A stretch of 64,000 bases of DNA, from positions 1 through 64,000 of the forward strand of contig JAWAJB010000001.1 in the NCBI GenBank assembly GCA_038888155.1, written 5' to 3'. The stretch's first letter is position 1. Each line of letters begins with the position of its first letter. This document shows, one piece after another, positions 31,148-41,404 of the stretch. The translations under genes were made by a program, and so were the position numbers. The notes beneath the pieces are model-generated. The model was not told where the DNA came from and ran no database searches. It saw nothing but the letters and a program-made list of their open reading frames with translations. This stretch comes from Desulfurococcaceae archaeon. Its GTDB lineage: Archaea; Thermoproteota; Thermoprotei_A; Sulfolobales; Desulfurococcaceae.

Positions 31148-31435
31148 TTGGGTGTCAGTTGTCTCGATATCTCAAAGAAATCGGTATGGCTTGACACTGT
31201 AGATCAAGAACATATCACTATTGAGGTAATCAATAAATGCACAAACACTTTAGCAGTTAAATTAAACGTCATTGGCCTCCCTGAAGATGAGCTTCTATAT
31301 GAACGTAGTTTAATACTTCGCGGAGGAGAAACGCAAGCTATAGAAATTGTAGCAGATAAATACTACGAAGAACTAGAGGTTAGGTTAAGCTCGCAGGCAG
31401 AGTTAAATGCTATCTTTAGAATCAAGCTCAGATAG
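31148..31435 (+). CDS. Small hypothetical protein (beta-sandwich-like)
   Basis: 95-aa ORF with GGAGG SD and alternating beta-strand pattern. Confidence 0.65.
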   Translation: MGVSCLDISKKSVWLDTVDQEHITIEVINKCTNTLAVKLNVIGLPEDELLYERSLILRGGETQAIEIVADKYYEELEVRLSSQAELNAIFRIKLR

Positions 31436-31490
31436 CAATAGCGTTGACGCTAGAAATAGCTTTAACCTTTCAAGGCATGAAGTGTATTTT

Positions 31491-32126
31491 TCACTGGTTA
31501 TTTGAAGTTAGCTCAAGCCATATATCATCTCTTATTTTGCGGTACTTCAAGTAGTATTCAAGACCTTCTGCTAATAGAGGCCTGTTGTTTACAACTGGGT
31601 ACCTAAATGGGAGATAAACGCTACCGCCATGTGTCTCTACGAAAACTCCATCTACGAACTCGAAGCCAATAACATTCTTATTTCTCCACAAGTACTCAAT
31701 GTAGTATACTGTTCCGTCGATACTGTACTGCCCATTTCCTATGTTGAAAGCTTTTGTGCCTTTAGGCATCCTTTGCGTTATGTACTGAGATGTCTTACCT
31801 TGTGGGGGATGATCTCCTAATATTCCACCTACTACTACGTAATTAGCTGATGCAAGATCATCGTATGTAAGGGGATTAGTTGCCCTAGGGTCTAAAACTA
31901 TAATTTCACTTGGACTGATCTCTCCTCTTAAAACGTAATTCACTATGCTCTCCTCGCTCACTCTCCCATACCTTAACATGACTCTATTGTATTTGTTTGG
32001 CATTTGCGTAAATAGAACATGTTCTTTCCCGTATAGTTTAGAGGAATGCCTATACTCCAAGAGGAGCCAGGGACTTAGCTCAAGCTCGCAGTGCTCTATT
32101 ACAACCGTGGGCTTGGAGCCGACCAC
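31491..32126 (-). CDS. SPOUT-class methyltransferase, Sfm1/DUF431-like
   Basis: VIEH...W..LEY, VLDP, VVGGILGDHPP, QYSIDG, LPFRYP. Confidence 0.88.
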   Translation of the reverse strand: MVGSKPTVVIEHCELELSPWLLLEYRHSSKLYGKEHVLFTQMPNKYNRVMLRYGRVSEESIVNYVLRGEISPSEIIVLDPRATNPLTYDDLASANYVVVGGILGDHPPQGKTSQYITQRMPKGTKAFNIGNGQYSIDGTVYYIEYLWRNKNVIGFEFVDGVFVETHGGSVYLPFRYPVVNNRPLLAEGLEYYLKYRKIRDDIWLELTSNNQ

Positions 32127-32678
32127 GTAGTCACCGCGCTACTTATTGGTAGTTAAAACATATTTACGTCTCTTAAGCAGCTCTGTAATTTTTTTGACTA
32201 AACTCGAAATCGGACATCCACCTGTACTACAGATACGGCCCAAATTCAACCCCCTACTCTTTTTCTTCATTTAAGATTATATAGATTTCCTCCAGTGTTT
32301 TTGGTTGCCCCCTTGCTAGGAGCGGGTTAGTTTTCTTACTTGCTTTAGTTACAACTATAACTCGTTTGATTCTATTTGTGAAGCCTTAAGAAGCTCAAAT
32401 GACAGTATTCAAGGCCCGTTGTACGAGAATTTTAGGGTGTTTGTATACATAGTGCCTAAACAGGCAAAACCGTCAGCGATTGAAATGAAGTTCACCCTCT
32501 ACTGAAAAGAGGCATTCTGTGTTAATGATATCTTTAATGCTCTTTGTCCAATTAAAGGATGAACATAGAATTGCCTCCAATAGATTTTTGGGCTCAACTT
32601 TAAAAACGCATACGGATTGTTTGTTAAATTTTTTGTTCGCTAATGTGTTTTACAAAGCCATATTAGCGGCTCTAGTTG

Positions 32679-32984
32679 TTACCTCAACCCAAGTGTCCCC
32701 ACAAGTTCATATAGAAGAATAGCTGTGAGGAGCCAAGATGAGTAAAACGTTGCAAGGCCCCTTAAGTAGATCTGGAACCTAGTAGAAGGTCTGTACTTCA
32801 TTACGATGTATAGCGTAGTTAAATAGTAAACTAAGATGGACCCCGCAAATGCACCCAGCGAAAGAGTGTCAGGCTTCACGAGAAAGGAGAGAATGAAAAC
32901 TGCTAATCCAAAAATTACCCCAACTATAAGCCTGAAAAGCACTATTCTATCTTCGATGCTAAGTGTAATCGACTTCAAGGCCAA
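32679..32984 (-). CDS. Small three-TM membrane protein (EMC6/Rab5ip-like)
   Basis: Three hydrophobic segments; last helix GLATFYSSWLLTAILLYEL. Confidence 0.72.
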   Translation of the reverse strand: MALKSITLSIEDRIVLFRLIVGVIFGLAVFILSFLVKPDTLSLGAFAGSILVYYLTTLYIVMKYRPSTRFQIYLRGLATFYSSWLLTAILLYELVGTLGLR

Positions 32985-33036
32985 AACCCTATTGTATTAA
33001 GAGGTTTCACGCTTATAATTTAAAGCGGGTGTTATT

Positions 33037-35016
33037 TTGCTTAAGAAGTCAATGGACATTATCGACGTTTATTCTTGGGTAAAGATCTGCTCTAGGGATC
33101 TTGAGGGCAGCTTTATTGATAATATCTACAGGACGAAGTACAGCTGGGCACTCAAGCTTAGGTGCTTAGGATCAGTTAAGCTACTAAAAGTCGAAACTGG
33201 CGTTAGGATCCACTTCTCGAGGGGTGAGCCCTCGAGCAAGGAGATCGACAATCTAACTAGGTATTTACGCGCACACGTAAGGGAGGGCAAGATCCTCAGC
33301 GTTGAGATGCCCTGGTGGGAGAGAGTAGTAGTGCTAAAGACTGTCAAGGCTGGTAAGGAACTACTGCATTATATTGAGTTGGTACCCCGTGGAGTTTGGG
33401 CTATAACAGACATTAACAACAAAATAATTTACGCAAACAAATTCGTACAATACAGGGATAGAGAAATTAAGCTAGGAGCAAATTACCAGCCGCCTCCCTC
33501 GCGGGGTGAGCCGCCTTGGAGAAGTGACGTGCTCATAAAGCGGCTAACAGAAGGAAAGGACCTAGTTAGAGGAATAATATCCTGTTGGGGTCTCCCAGGG
33601 TACATAGCAGAAGAAATATTGCTTAGAGCAGGTGCTTACGCCGAGAAGAATAAGGCTGTAAACGAAATAGGCAGGCCACAGTTAGAACAGGTAATTGATG
33701 AATACACTAAACTAGTTAATGAATGCCTATTTGATAGAGGATACCTAGTGTACAAGGATGGCGCGCTAGAGCTCTACTCACCTTATAGACCTAGGCTCTT
33801 CGAAGAGGTATACGGATTTGAGGTAAGAAACATAGGTAGCTTCGAGGAGGCTTTGGATGTGTACTTTATGGAGCTGGAAGGCTACCTCAGCGCCGAGGAG
33901 AGAAGGCGCCAAATGCTAGATCATTTAGAGTCGTGGAGAAGAAGAGTTGAGGAACAGAAGAAGATCGTAGACGAATTTAGCAGAAAGCTTGAAGATATTG
34001 ATAAGACTCTCTCATTAGTGTACAAAAACTACAAATTTCTGTTCGAGACAATGGAATGCGTTAAAGAGACACGAGAAAAAAGAGGCTGGGAAGCTGTAGT
34101 CGATTGCAATATCTCAAGGTATGATATGCAAAAAGGAGTTGTATATTTAAATTTAGATAGCTTTGAGCTTGCAGTCCCAGTTCGCGAGGGCGTAGATGGG
34201 CTTGTATTGAAGCTAGAGAAAATGAGGGGAGAACTAAAGAAGAAGATCAAGAGAGCCTCTGAAGTACTCAAGGAACTAGAAACTAAATCTACCGAAGCAG
34301 AAGAGGAGCTAACAAAGAGAACTTACACCAAAATTGCACCAAAGTACTGGTATGAGAAATACAGATGGAGCTTCACAAGAGGTGGTTACCTCGTAATAGC
34401 TGGACGCGACGCCTCGCAAAATGAGGCTATAGTTAAAAAACATCTTGGCGATGAAGATGTGTTTCTCCATGCAGAAATACGCGGAGCTCCAGCTACTGTT
34501 CTATTGAAGGGCAAAGAAACCTTGAAGGATGAAGATGTACAAGACGCTGCTGTAATAGCAGCCTGCTACTCAAGAGCTTGGAAAGCCGGCTACAGCTATG
34601 TAGATGTGTACTGGGTCCTCGGAAAGCAGGTCTCCAAAAGCCCGCCGCCAGGAGAGTTCTTAGGTAAAGGCTCATTCATGATATACGGGGAGAGAACTTA
34701 TCTAAAGATACCCTTGAAACTTGGAGTTGGCTTGAGAGTTTTCTGCGATAATGTCTACGGAGATTACATTAAAGTGTACGTAGGTCATCCAGATCTAGTG
34801 AAAACAACCGCGATATCCTATGTAGTATTAGTTCCTGCTCAAGAGAGCCCAGAAATTCTAAGCAAGAAAATAGCCAACACTTTAATTGAACATGCTTACA
34901 AGAAAACTGGGATTAAATACGAATTAGCGGAGCAACAGGTATTAGAGGTTTTGCCAGGACCAGCTAGAATTGTTGAAGAGGGAATGGGCAAGGGTGAGAG
35001 CTCCTGTATCGAATAG
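33037..35016 (+). CDS. rqcH: Ribosome rescue protein RqcH (NEMF/Rqc2, NFACT family)
   Basis: NFACT-N (LRAHVR, ERVV, DREIKLG), coiled coil, NFACT-R (WYEKYRWSF, AGRDASQNE, FLHAEIRGAP, YSRAW, QVSKSPPPGEFLGKGSFMIYG). Confidence 0.95.
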   Translation: MLKKSMDIIDVYSWVKICSRDLEGSFIDNIYRTKYSWALKLRCLGSVKLLKVETGVRIHFSRGEPSSKEIDNLTRYLRAHVREGKILSVEMPWWERVVVLKTVKAGKELLHYIELVPRGVWAITDINNKIIYANKFVQYRDREIKLGANYQPPPSRGEPPWRSDVLIKRLTEGKDLVRGIISCWGLPGYIAEEILLRAGAYAEKNKAVNEIGRPQLEQVIDEYTKLVNECLFDRGYLVYKDGALELYSPYRPRLFEEVYGFEVRNIGSFEEALDVYFMELEGYLSAEERRRQMLDHLESWRRRVEEQKKIVDEFSRKLEDIDKTLSLVYKNYKFLFETMECVKETREKRGWEAVVDCNISRYDMQKGVVYLNLDSFELAVPVREGVDGLVLKLEKMRGELKKKIKRASEVLKELETKSTEAEEELTKRTYTKIAPKYWYEKYRWSFTRGGYLVIAGRDASQNEAIVKKHLGDEDVFLHAEIRGAPATVLLKGKETLKDEDVQDAAVIAACYSRAWKAGYSYVDVYWVLGKQVSKSPPPGEFLGKGSFMIYGERTYLKIPLKLGVGLRVFCDNVYGDYIKVYVGHPDLVKTTAISYVVLVPAQESPEILSKKIANTLIEHAYKKTGIKYELAEQQVLEVLPGPARIVEEGMGKGESSCIE

Positions 35017-35064
35017 TATAAAAGGTTTAAATCTCTTCTTATAAAACAATCAAATTAGCATTAG

Positions 35065-36312
35065 GTGTTCGCGGTGGGGGTCTCAAGAAATATAGAGATA
35101 GAATTGTTACGCATGCACAGCGTTAGAACAATGAGAGTTGAGCTCGTTGAGAGAAAGGGGTTAGGCCATCCAGATTACATAGCTGATTCAGCTAGTGAAG
35201 CTGCTTCGCGGGCTCTGTCTAAGTATTATATAAAGGAATTCGGCACAATACTACATCACAATCTGGACAAGACGTTGCTCGTTGGAGGTCAGGCCTCACC
35301 GAGGTTTGGTGGCGGAGACCTCATAGAACCAATATACATAATAGTGGCTGGCAGGGCAACAACAGAGGTTAGAGTTAGTGGTAGTAATTACTATATACCG
35401 TACGGTAAACTCGTAGTTGAGGCGGTTAAAAGTTGGATTAGATCAAACTTCAGGTACTTAGACCCAGAGTCTCATGTAATAGTAGACTACAAAGTTAGGA
35501 AAGGAAGTGCTGACTTAGTTACTTTATTCGAGGCTGGAAAGCAAATAATGCCGCTAGCAAACGATACCAGTATAGGGGTTGGTTTCGCCCCGCTCACTAG
35601 CCTGGAAGAAATAGTCTATAAAACTGAGAGGCTGCTTAACTCAGGGGAATTCAAACGAAAGTGCCCCGCAGTAGGTGAAGACATCAAAGTTATGGGCTTA
35701 AGGAAGGATAGACAAATTATCCTAACAATTGCTGCAGCTATTATTGATAAAGAGGTCCGCGACAAACATGAGTACGCAAAGGTAAAGGAGGATATTGCAG
35801 AGGTAGTTGAGGAACTGGCTCACAGTATATCACCTAATGCAAACATTAAAATATACGTAAATACAGCAGATATGCCAGAAAAAGGTAGCTTCTATTTAAC
35901 TGTTACAGGTACTTCCGCTGAACATGGAGACGACGGTGCAACTGGAAGAGGTAATAGAGCAAACGGCTTGATTACACCAATGAGACCTGTAAGCATTGAG
36001 GCTACAGGCGGGAAAAACCCTGTAAGCCACGTTGGTAAGATATATAATGTCCTAGCGAGGATCATTGCCGAGAAAATATATAACGAGCACAGGGATTTCT
36101 TCAGCGACGTCTACGTCGAGCTGTTGAGCCAGATTGGTAAACCAATAGACCAGCCTCTCATAGCTAGCGTCAAGCTTATACCTAATGAGGGGCTAAACAA
36201 TGTAATACCCGATCATATAAGGAGCAACATTAACGGCATTGTAGACGAATCTCTAGCCGACATCAGGAAAATAACTGAGCTAGTTGTCAACGAGCAGGCT
36301 ATTCTCTATTAA
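35065..36312 (+). CDS. mat: Archaeal S-adenosylmethionine synthetase
   Basis: [62 protein letters not shown]. Confidence 0.97.
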   Translation: MFAVGVSRNIEIELLRMHSVRTMRVELVERKGLGHPDYIADSASEAASRALSKYYIKEFGTILHHNLDKTLLVGGQASPRFGGGDLIEPIYIIVAGRATTEVRVSGSNYYIPYGKLVVEAVKSWIRSNFRYLDPESHVIVDYKVRKGSADLVTLFEAGKQIMPLANDTSIGVGFAPLTSLEEIVYKTERLLNSGEFKRKCPAVGEDIKVMGLRKDRQIILTIAAAIIDKEVRDKHEYAKVKEDIAEVVEELAHSISPNANIKIYVNTADMPEKGSFYLTVTGTSAEHGDDGATGRGNRANGLITPMRPVSIEATGGKNPVSHVGKIYNVLARIIAEKIYNEHRDFFSDVYVELLSQIGKPIDQPLIASVKLIPNEGLNNVIPDHIRSNINGIVDESLADIRKITELVVNEQAILY

Positions 36313-38230
36313 CTCTATTGAGAGTTTTCCTCGCCTCTTGATAGTCTTTAATTGTTTTTATTATACGATCTCGTTTTTCTGAGATCTCCAGCTCTGAAAT
36401 ATATTTCCACTGTTTCTTTATCTCGTTCAGCACGGAAACATCAACTAGAACGAAGTTGTCTAAATCAAGTTTTTTACTCGCCTCCACAACTGGGACTCTA
36501 GCCTTTTTCCAATTCACTTCACTAGTGCCACTGGGAACTAGTGCGCCTGTCTTTGTGCTTTTTAGGTATTCAATGTAGTTCCACAAATCGCCTGGGTTAT
36601 CCAAGTATAGGGGTAGACCCCGGCATTCCTGTGTAGGAGGCGGCTTACAGGCCAACGTTAGCATGCCACGCGAAATATCCAAAATGGCATTTTCGAGCGC
36701 TAAAACTCTGTCTTTAAGTAGAGCCAATAATTTATTTTTTTCCTCAACCATTCTAGAGAGGTACTCTACTTCGATATTCAAATGGTTGATCTTTCGCTCG
36801 CATTCGTCGTTAATGGCTTTTTTCTTAAGCATTTTGATCTCCAACTCGAGGTTCTTGAGTACCTCCTCTCTATAACTCAGCTCTTGCTCGAGCCTCTTAA
36901 CTGTCCCCTCAAGCTCGGATATCCTTGCGTGAAGCTTGGCTACGTCCTCATGAATAAATCGTTTATTTTTCTCAGTATCTACATCTTCTCGAGCATTCTT
37001 ACCCCGCGAGAGGGCTTTAATAAAGACCTCCTCTAAAACTTCTGAGAGAGGTCTCCCCCTCACAATATGCGCAACAATCTCATCTCTGTCCACTCCTCTT
37101 AACCCTCTCAGCTTAGACTCGACTTCGTCGATTATCGGTTTAATTTGCTTGTAGGCCTTTACAGCGGACGCGAGGGCGTCCCTCGCGTGAGAGTCGACTA
37201 TCTCTACATTGTATATTCTATTTATATCCAAAGCTATTCGCTGTTTTTCCTCTACGCTTAAGTCCTCGCTCGGCGTGTACAGGACTGATCCAAGAATGGT
37301 TGCGATCTTTTTTGCATACTCTGGTGATTTAGAGGTGTCTACAGAGACTATGATGGGTTTCCCCTTAGATAAAACGTTTTCGATAAGTTGTTCTCTATCT
37401 GGATTCTTGTAACTTTCAACTAGTAGGGGGACTCCATTAAGGTCTATTACAGCTACACCTATGCTTGTGCCCGGATCTATCCCCAGGATTACAAGTTTTC
37501 TACCTTTTTCCGCAACTCTTTTCGGGAGGGCAGGCTTAATGGAGATCTTGGCATTCTTATAGTTCAGTGGACCAACAATTCCGCGTATCTTTTCCATCGG
37601 CGCATAGACTATAAAAAGCCCTCTCTCAAGCCCGCCATCGCTCCTCTTAACTGTGAGGTCGTACTCGAGGTTGTTTTGATCAAGCGTCTCCTTTATCTCT
37701 TTAACTAAACGAAGAATCGACGCCCTAATGCTTCTCTTAAATCTCTCTGAGCTAGATCCCCCTTGATTTGGTGTTCTTCCCTTTGATACTAATATATAAA
37801 CCCTATCTGATGCAGGCTTAACCTCTCTACCGTAGCCCGTGTACGCGGCATAAGCAATTACGAAAGCAGCGTGAATCGGGGTTAAAGAGTCTGAGTCTAG
37901 TTTAAGTTCCTTTGCTATGTGCTGCACACTGTAGTATCCACTTGTTGTGTTGGTGACCTCAACAATTCTGCACCACGACGGTATTATTTGAGAGAGCTTA
38001 ACGAGATCGCGTTGCCCCCCTACAAGTTCATAGATGTTGTCAACGGCAAGAATATCTACGTGATACTCAATAATCAGCCTTATAACGCTGTGTAGCGGGA
38101 CATCGTCAAGCTCTCTTATAACAACACCATCTCTTAAAATAACTACAGCGTACTTAGGCGTCCTTGACGACCTAGGCGAATGTCCTGGCTTAATGTCCAT
38201 TCCCATGACTGTGACGATAGGCTCACCCAT
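36299..38230 (-). CDS. DUF460 domain protein (RNase H-like folds plus long coiled coil)
   Basis: VMGMDIKPG, LAVDNIYEL, GGSSSERF, ILGIDPG, HARDALASAVKAY, then heptad-rich C-terminal half. Confidence 0.88.
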   Translation of the reverse strand: MGEPIVTVMGMDIKPGHSPRSSRTPKYAVVILRDGVVIRELDDVPLHSVIRLIIEYHVDILAVDNIYELVGGQRDLVKLSQIIPSWCRIVEVTNTTSGYYSVQHIAKELKLDSDSLTPIHAAFVIAYAAYTGYGREVKPASDRVYILVSKGRTPNQGGSSSERFKRSIRASILRLVKEIKETLDQNNLEYDLTVKRSDGGLERGLFIVYAPMEKIRGIVGPLNYKNAKISIKPALPKRVAEKGRKLVILGIDPGTSIGVAVIDLNGVPLLVESYKNPDREQLIENVLSKGKPIIVSVDTSKSPEYAKKIATILGSVLYTPSEDLSVEEKQRIALDINRIYNVEIVDSHARDALASAVKAYKQIKPIIDEVESKLRGLRGVDRDEIVAHIVRGRPLSEVLEEVFIKALSRGKNAREDVDTEKNKRFIHEDVAKLHARISELEGTVKRLEQELSYREEVLKNLELEIKMLKKKAINDECERKINHLNIEVEYLSRMVEEKNKLLALLKDRVLALENAILDISRGMLTLACKPPPTQECRGLPLYLDNPGDLWNYIEYLKSTKTGALVPSGTSEVNWKKARVPVVEASKKLDLDNFVLVDVSVLNEIKKQWKYISELEISEKRDRIIKTIKDYQEARKTLNRVNRE

Positions 38231-38287
38231 TTAATCAATAGTGACAATATATTGTTATAACCTTTGTTCAATTAGAATTTTCAATGC

Positions 38288-39166
38288 TCAACCAATTATT
38301 CTCTTCAGTGCTTCTTTCGGATCCAAGGCAACTTTGTAAACTTTATTGAAAAACTTCACAATGTATTTGATGTCACGTTCTAATAAGTCAATGGCGTTAG
38401 GATCATCACTATAGACGTACTGGGGCCAGTCAATAATGAAGGGCTTTTCGTCTTCCTTTCTAATCAATATGTTATATTCACTTAGGTCTCCGTGAACGAT
38501 AGAGGCCTTGTGGTAAGCTATCCCAATCGTATTCAACACACCGTTTAAGACTCCATCTGGATCTGAAAGAGGAGGTCTCTCGAATAGCTCTAAGCCATCA
38601 ATGAACTCAACTACTACAACATGCCTACTGTAGCCTATAGGCTTCGGTGTGTACACGTTAAATGGTTGTAGCTCTCTAAGAGCTTTAAACTCCCTTTCAG
38701 CGGCTAATTTGGACTGCGTGTACCATGATATACCTCTCTCGGCTCCCCAACGTCTAACTCTAGCAGTCTGTCTAAAACTAGTCCTGCCAATCCTAAGGAA
38801 CTTTATAGCTATCTCTATGCCATTAGGAGCAAGCCCCGAGTAGATTTCGCTCTCTTTACCAACCCCAATTTTGCTTCCAATTGCTTCAACGATGTTATCC
38901 TTTACAAGAGCTCTTAGCGCAAGCATATCATAGCCCAAATAGGTTAGTCTATACATCTTTTCACCACTAATAGTTTCGCGCTTAACTAGGTTTAAGTCGT
39001 GGAGCTTCGCCATAATGAGGGATAGTTTACCCTCGTGGAGTTTACTAGTTTTCTCTAGTAACCTCAGCGGCGCGTATTCGCGGCTGACTAACGCCTTTTC
39101 CAGCGCACAGAGTACCTTAAAATCGTCCTCTAACAAGCTCTTGTAAATTATTCCTAGTCTAACCAT
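38288..39166 (-). CDS. rio2: RIO2 serine/threonine kinase
   Basis: N-terminal wHTH (YRLTYLGYD), IGVGKESEIY, KFLRIGRTSF, HGDLSEYNI, IIDWPQ. Confidence 0.95.
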   Translation of the reverse strand: MVRLGIIYKSLLEDDFKVLCALEKALVSREYAPLRLLEKTSKLHEGKLSLIMAKLHDLNLVKRETISGEKMYRLTYLGYDMLALRALVKDNIVEAIGSKIGVGKESEIYSGLAPNGIEIAIKFLRIGRTSFRQTARVRRWGAERGISWYTQSKLAAEREFKALRELQPFNVYTPKPIGYSRHVVVVEFIDGLELFERPPLSDPDGVLNGVLNTIGIAYHKASIVHGDLSEYNILIRKEDEKPFIIDWPQYVYSDDPNAIDLLERDIKYIVKFFNKVYKVALDPKEALKRIIG

Positions 39167-39473
39167 ATGATGTCGCCGTCAAAGAATTTTACCTTGAAAA
39201 GCTTATTTACTGCGAGCTTCAGCGTTAACACTTGCCGCGAGATTGTCTTTGTCTACCTAGTAACTTATTCGATGACCTAACGTAAATATATTACAGGCGC
39301 TTAAATAAATTAAGAGATCGTCAATGGCCAGGAAGCCGCATTATTATAATTCCAACCGGGTGAGCACAAACATCTTGATGAGATAAAAGCCTCTGGGGTT
39401 ACTTTTGAAGTTTTTGGTCCGGTTTATAAGGGGGTAAAGATTGTCAAACGAAATTTAAAGCTATTTGCGCAAA

Positions 39474-40832
39474 CTACTTCAAAAACTTATCTTCGTATTG
39501 TCTAAGATAATGCGAACTTAGAGATACATCAATAAATAGATGAGATGCCCTCTCAACATCTTGAACATCCACTGTTGTAGCTCCCCTTTCCTCTGCTAGA
39601 ATGCGGGCAGGCTCCATCAGTTGCACAGAGTACCTAAGGCTCCTATTAACGCCTAGTTCAACGAGCTTCTCAAGGGCTTCTTTACTTAACGTTACCTCTG
39701 ACTCCTCAGCACGTATCTTAATTATCTCCTTTATCTCATCGGAGTTGTAAGGCCTAGTTGGGATTATGAGGAGTCTATCCAACAAGTCAAGTGGCATTCC
39801 GTGGGGAGACTCTATATCCGTGCCCCTTATTCGCGAGAAACCCCTGTTTGTCGCAAGTATTACTATAGGTGCGAAGTCGCTCTCAATTGCCCTACTGAGA
39901 AAGCTGAAGGCCTCTATATCAAGCATGTGTGCATCATCTATGAATAGCACGCCAGGAACTAGCTCGGCTTTCTTCTGATCAATCCACTTCTTTACAGTTT
40001 CATCAACATCACGCCTAACCTCACTAGGTATCTCTCGTTCGAAAGCTAATCCAAAAATACTCACTAAGCTCCTTTGGGTAGCGAAATACATATCCAGCTC
40101 ATGCAATGTTAGCACATTAACTATCTCCTTTTCCTTTTTAATTGGGCCCTTTGGTACCTCTACAACCTTTTTTATCTCAATATCGTATGCCCTAGCTCCC
40201 TCAACTTCTTTTGTTCTACCAACTCTGTGAACTCTTCCTGTTTCTGAGTCTATCCATATTACATCGCCTTTCCTTATTCCCAACTCTATAATTTGTTGTG
40301 TAACTTCTTCGGGGACAGAGAGAGTGAGCTCCTCATCCTTAGTTCCCAATGTTACCTTAGCCTCTACGGGGACAGAATAATACGGAACCATGGGATGTTT
40401 AGCTCTCCTAATCTTAATGTCTTTAACTACACCTTCGTAGACCTTTCTTACCTCGCGTATCCTAACGCCAAGGGACTTCCTGAGGGATTCCATCAGGACT
40501 TCGGTCTTCTTTCTCTCGCTACTGTATACTTCGCTTCCCGTCATCATGACGAATGGTGTATCTTCTCCGAGCTCTCTTGCGATTGCAACTGCAAGAGCTG
40601 TTTTACCAGTGCCTGGCGGACCAACAAAGAGTATCCCTCTGCCGGCCATTTTCCCCTCTTTAATCATCTTGACCACTATGCCGGCGGCTTCCCTTGCCTC
40701 TGCCTGTCCTACGAGCCCATCAGCTATGAATAAGGCCTTGCCTTTTTCATCTAGCCCTAGTCCACGTACGTGGCTATGTGTCCCTATTCTCCTCCTAGTG
40801 GTAGTTTCTATTCTGATACCAATGCCGCTCAA
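39474..40832 (-). CDS. RuvB-like AAA+ helicase (TIP49/Rvb)
   Basis: HSHVRGLGL, GPPGTGKT, SEVYS, PGVLFIDDAHMLD, ATNRG, SPHGMPLDLLDRL. TTG start after GGTGG. Confidence 0.96.
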   Translation of the reverse strand: MSGIGIRIETTTRRRIGTHSHVRGLGLDEKGKALFIADGLVGQAEAREAAGIVVKMIKEGKMAGRGILFVGPPGTGKTALAVAIARELGEDTPFVMMTGSEVYSSERKKTEVLMESLRKSLGVRIREVRKVYEGVVKDIKIRRAKHPMVPYYSVPVEAKVTLGTKDEELTLSVPEEVTQQIIELGIRKGDVIWIDSETGRVHRVGRTKEVEGARAYDIEIKKVVEVPKGPIKKEKEIVNVLTLHELDMYFATQRSLVSIFGLAFEREIPSEVRRDVDETVKKWIDQKKAELVPGVLFIDDAHMLDIEAFSFLSRAIESDFAPIVILATNRGFSRIRGTDIESPHGMPLDLLDRLLIIPTRPYNSDEIKEIIKIRAEESEVTLSKEALEKLVELGVNRSLRYSVQLMEPARILAEERGATTVDVQDVERASHLFIDVSLSSHYLRQYEDKFLK

Positions 40833-40922
40833 GAATACCACCATTTGGGATTTTATTTTGCTACATATTTGGTCTTGCATAATGGAATATTATATCATTT
40901 TACTAAAAATTTTTAACTTAAA

Positions 40923-41333
40923 TTACTGCTTAGTCTCGACAATAGGTATTTCCATGAGAGTGTTGTCAATCAAAATCCAAGCATTACGCTCTCCGTCCAG
41001 TGAATTGACTATTATCCACGGTATTTTCCACGCTTCCATGCCCTTCAAGTCGTCTAAACTCGGTGTAGGGGGCGCAGGGTGGCTGTGCAATAACGCTACG
41101 ATATCCATTCCCAAAGCCTTAGCTTTTTCATATAGGTTAATTATGCATAGGGGATCTGCTACAAATGTGCGATCGGGAGTTTTAGACACATTTGAACACT
41201 CGTGTAGCTGGCTAACAACGAAATTGTCTTTATCTTTCGAGCCAATTCCAATGTAAACTTTCTCGATACGAGTGTTCAAGCACTCTAACACTACCTTATT
41301 TAGGAGATCGACGCTTATGATTAGCCTAAACAT
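40923..41333 (-). CDS. JAMM/MPN+ (M67) metallopeptidase
   Basis: E...LHSHP-x4-PS-x2-D JAMM motif, IPWIIV. Confidence 0.92.
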   Translation of the reverse strand: MFRLIISVDLLNKVVLECLNTRIEKVYIGIGSKDKDNFVVSQLHECSNVSKTPDRTFVADPLCIINLYEKAKALGMDIVALLHSHPAPPTPSLDDLKGMEAWKIPWIIVNSLDGERNAWILIDNTLMEIPIVETKQ

Positions 41334-41404
41334 TATTAAAGCCCCTTAACCTATGCTTTATTAAGCTATAAGATTGTGTTATCAAAAGTAGGTTTAAAGT
41401 TTGA

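Noticed and set aside
32519-32722. 67-aa plus-strand ORF and the 32127-32678 gap
   Set aside because: No SD or motif, overlaps the end of the three-TM gene, and I found no structure in the gap.
39315-39505. Protein-like plus-strand fragment (…GEHKHLDEIKASGVTFEVFGPVYKGVKIVKR…)
   Set aside because: Interrupted by a stop, no start, no recognised family; cannot be called a pseudogene without a search.
40546-41256. 236-aa plus-strand ORF
   Set aside because: Antisense to the well-supported TIP49 and JAMM genes.
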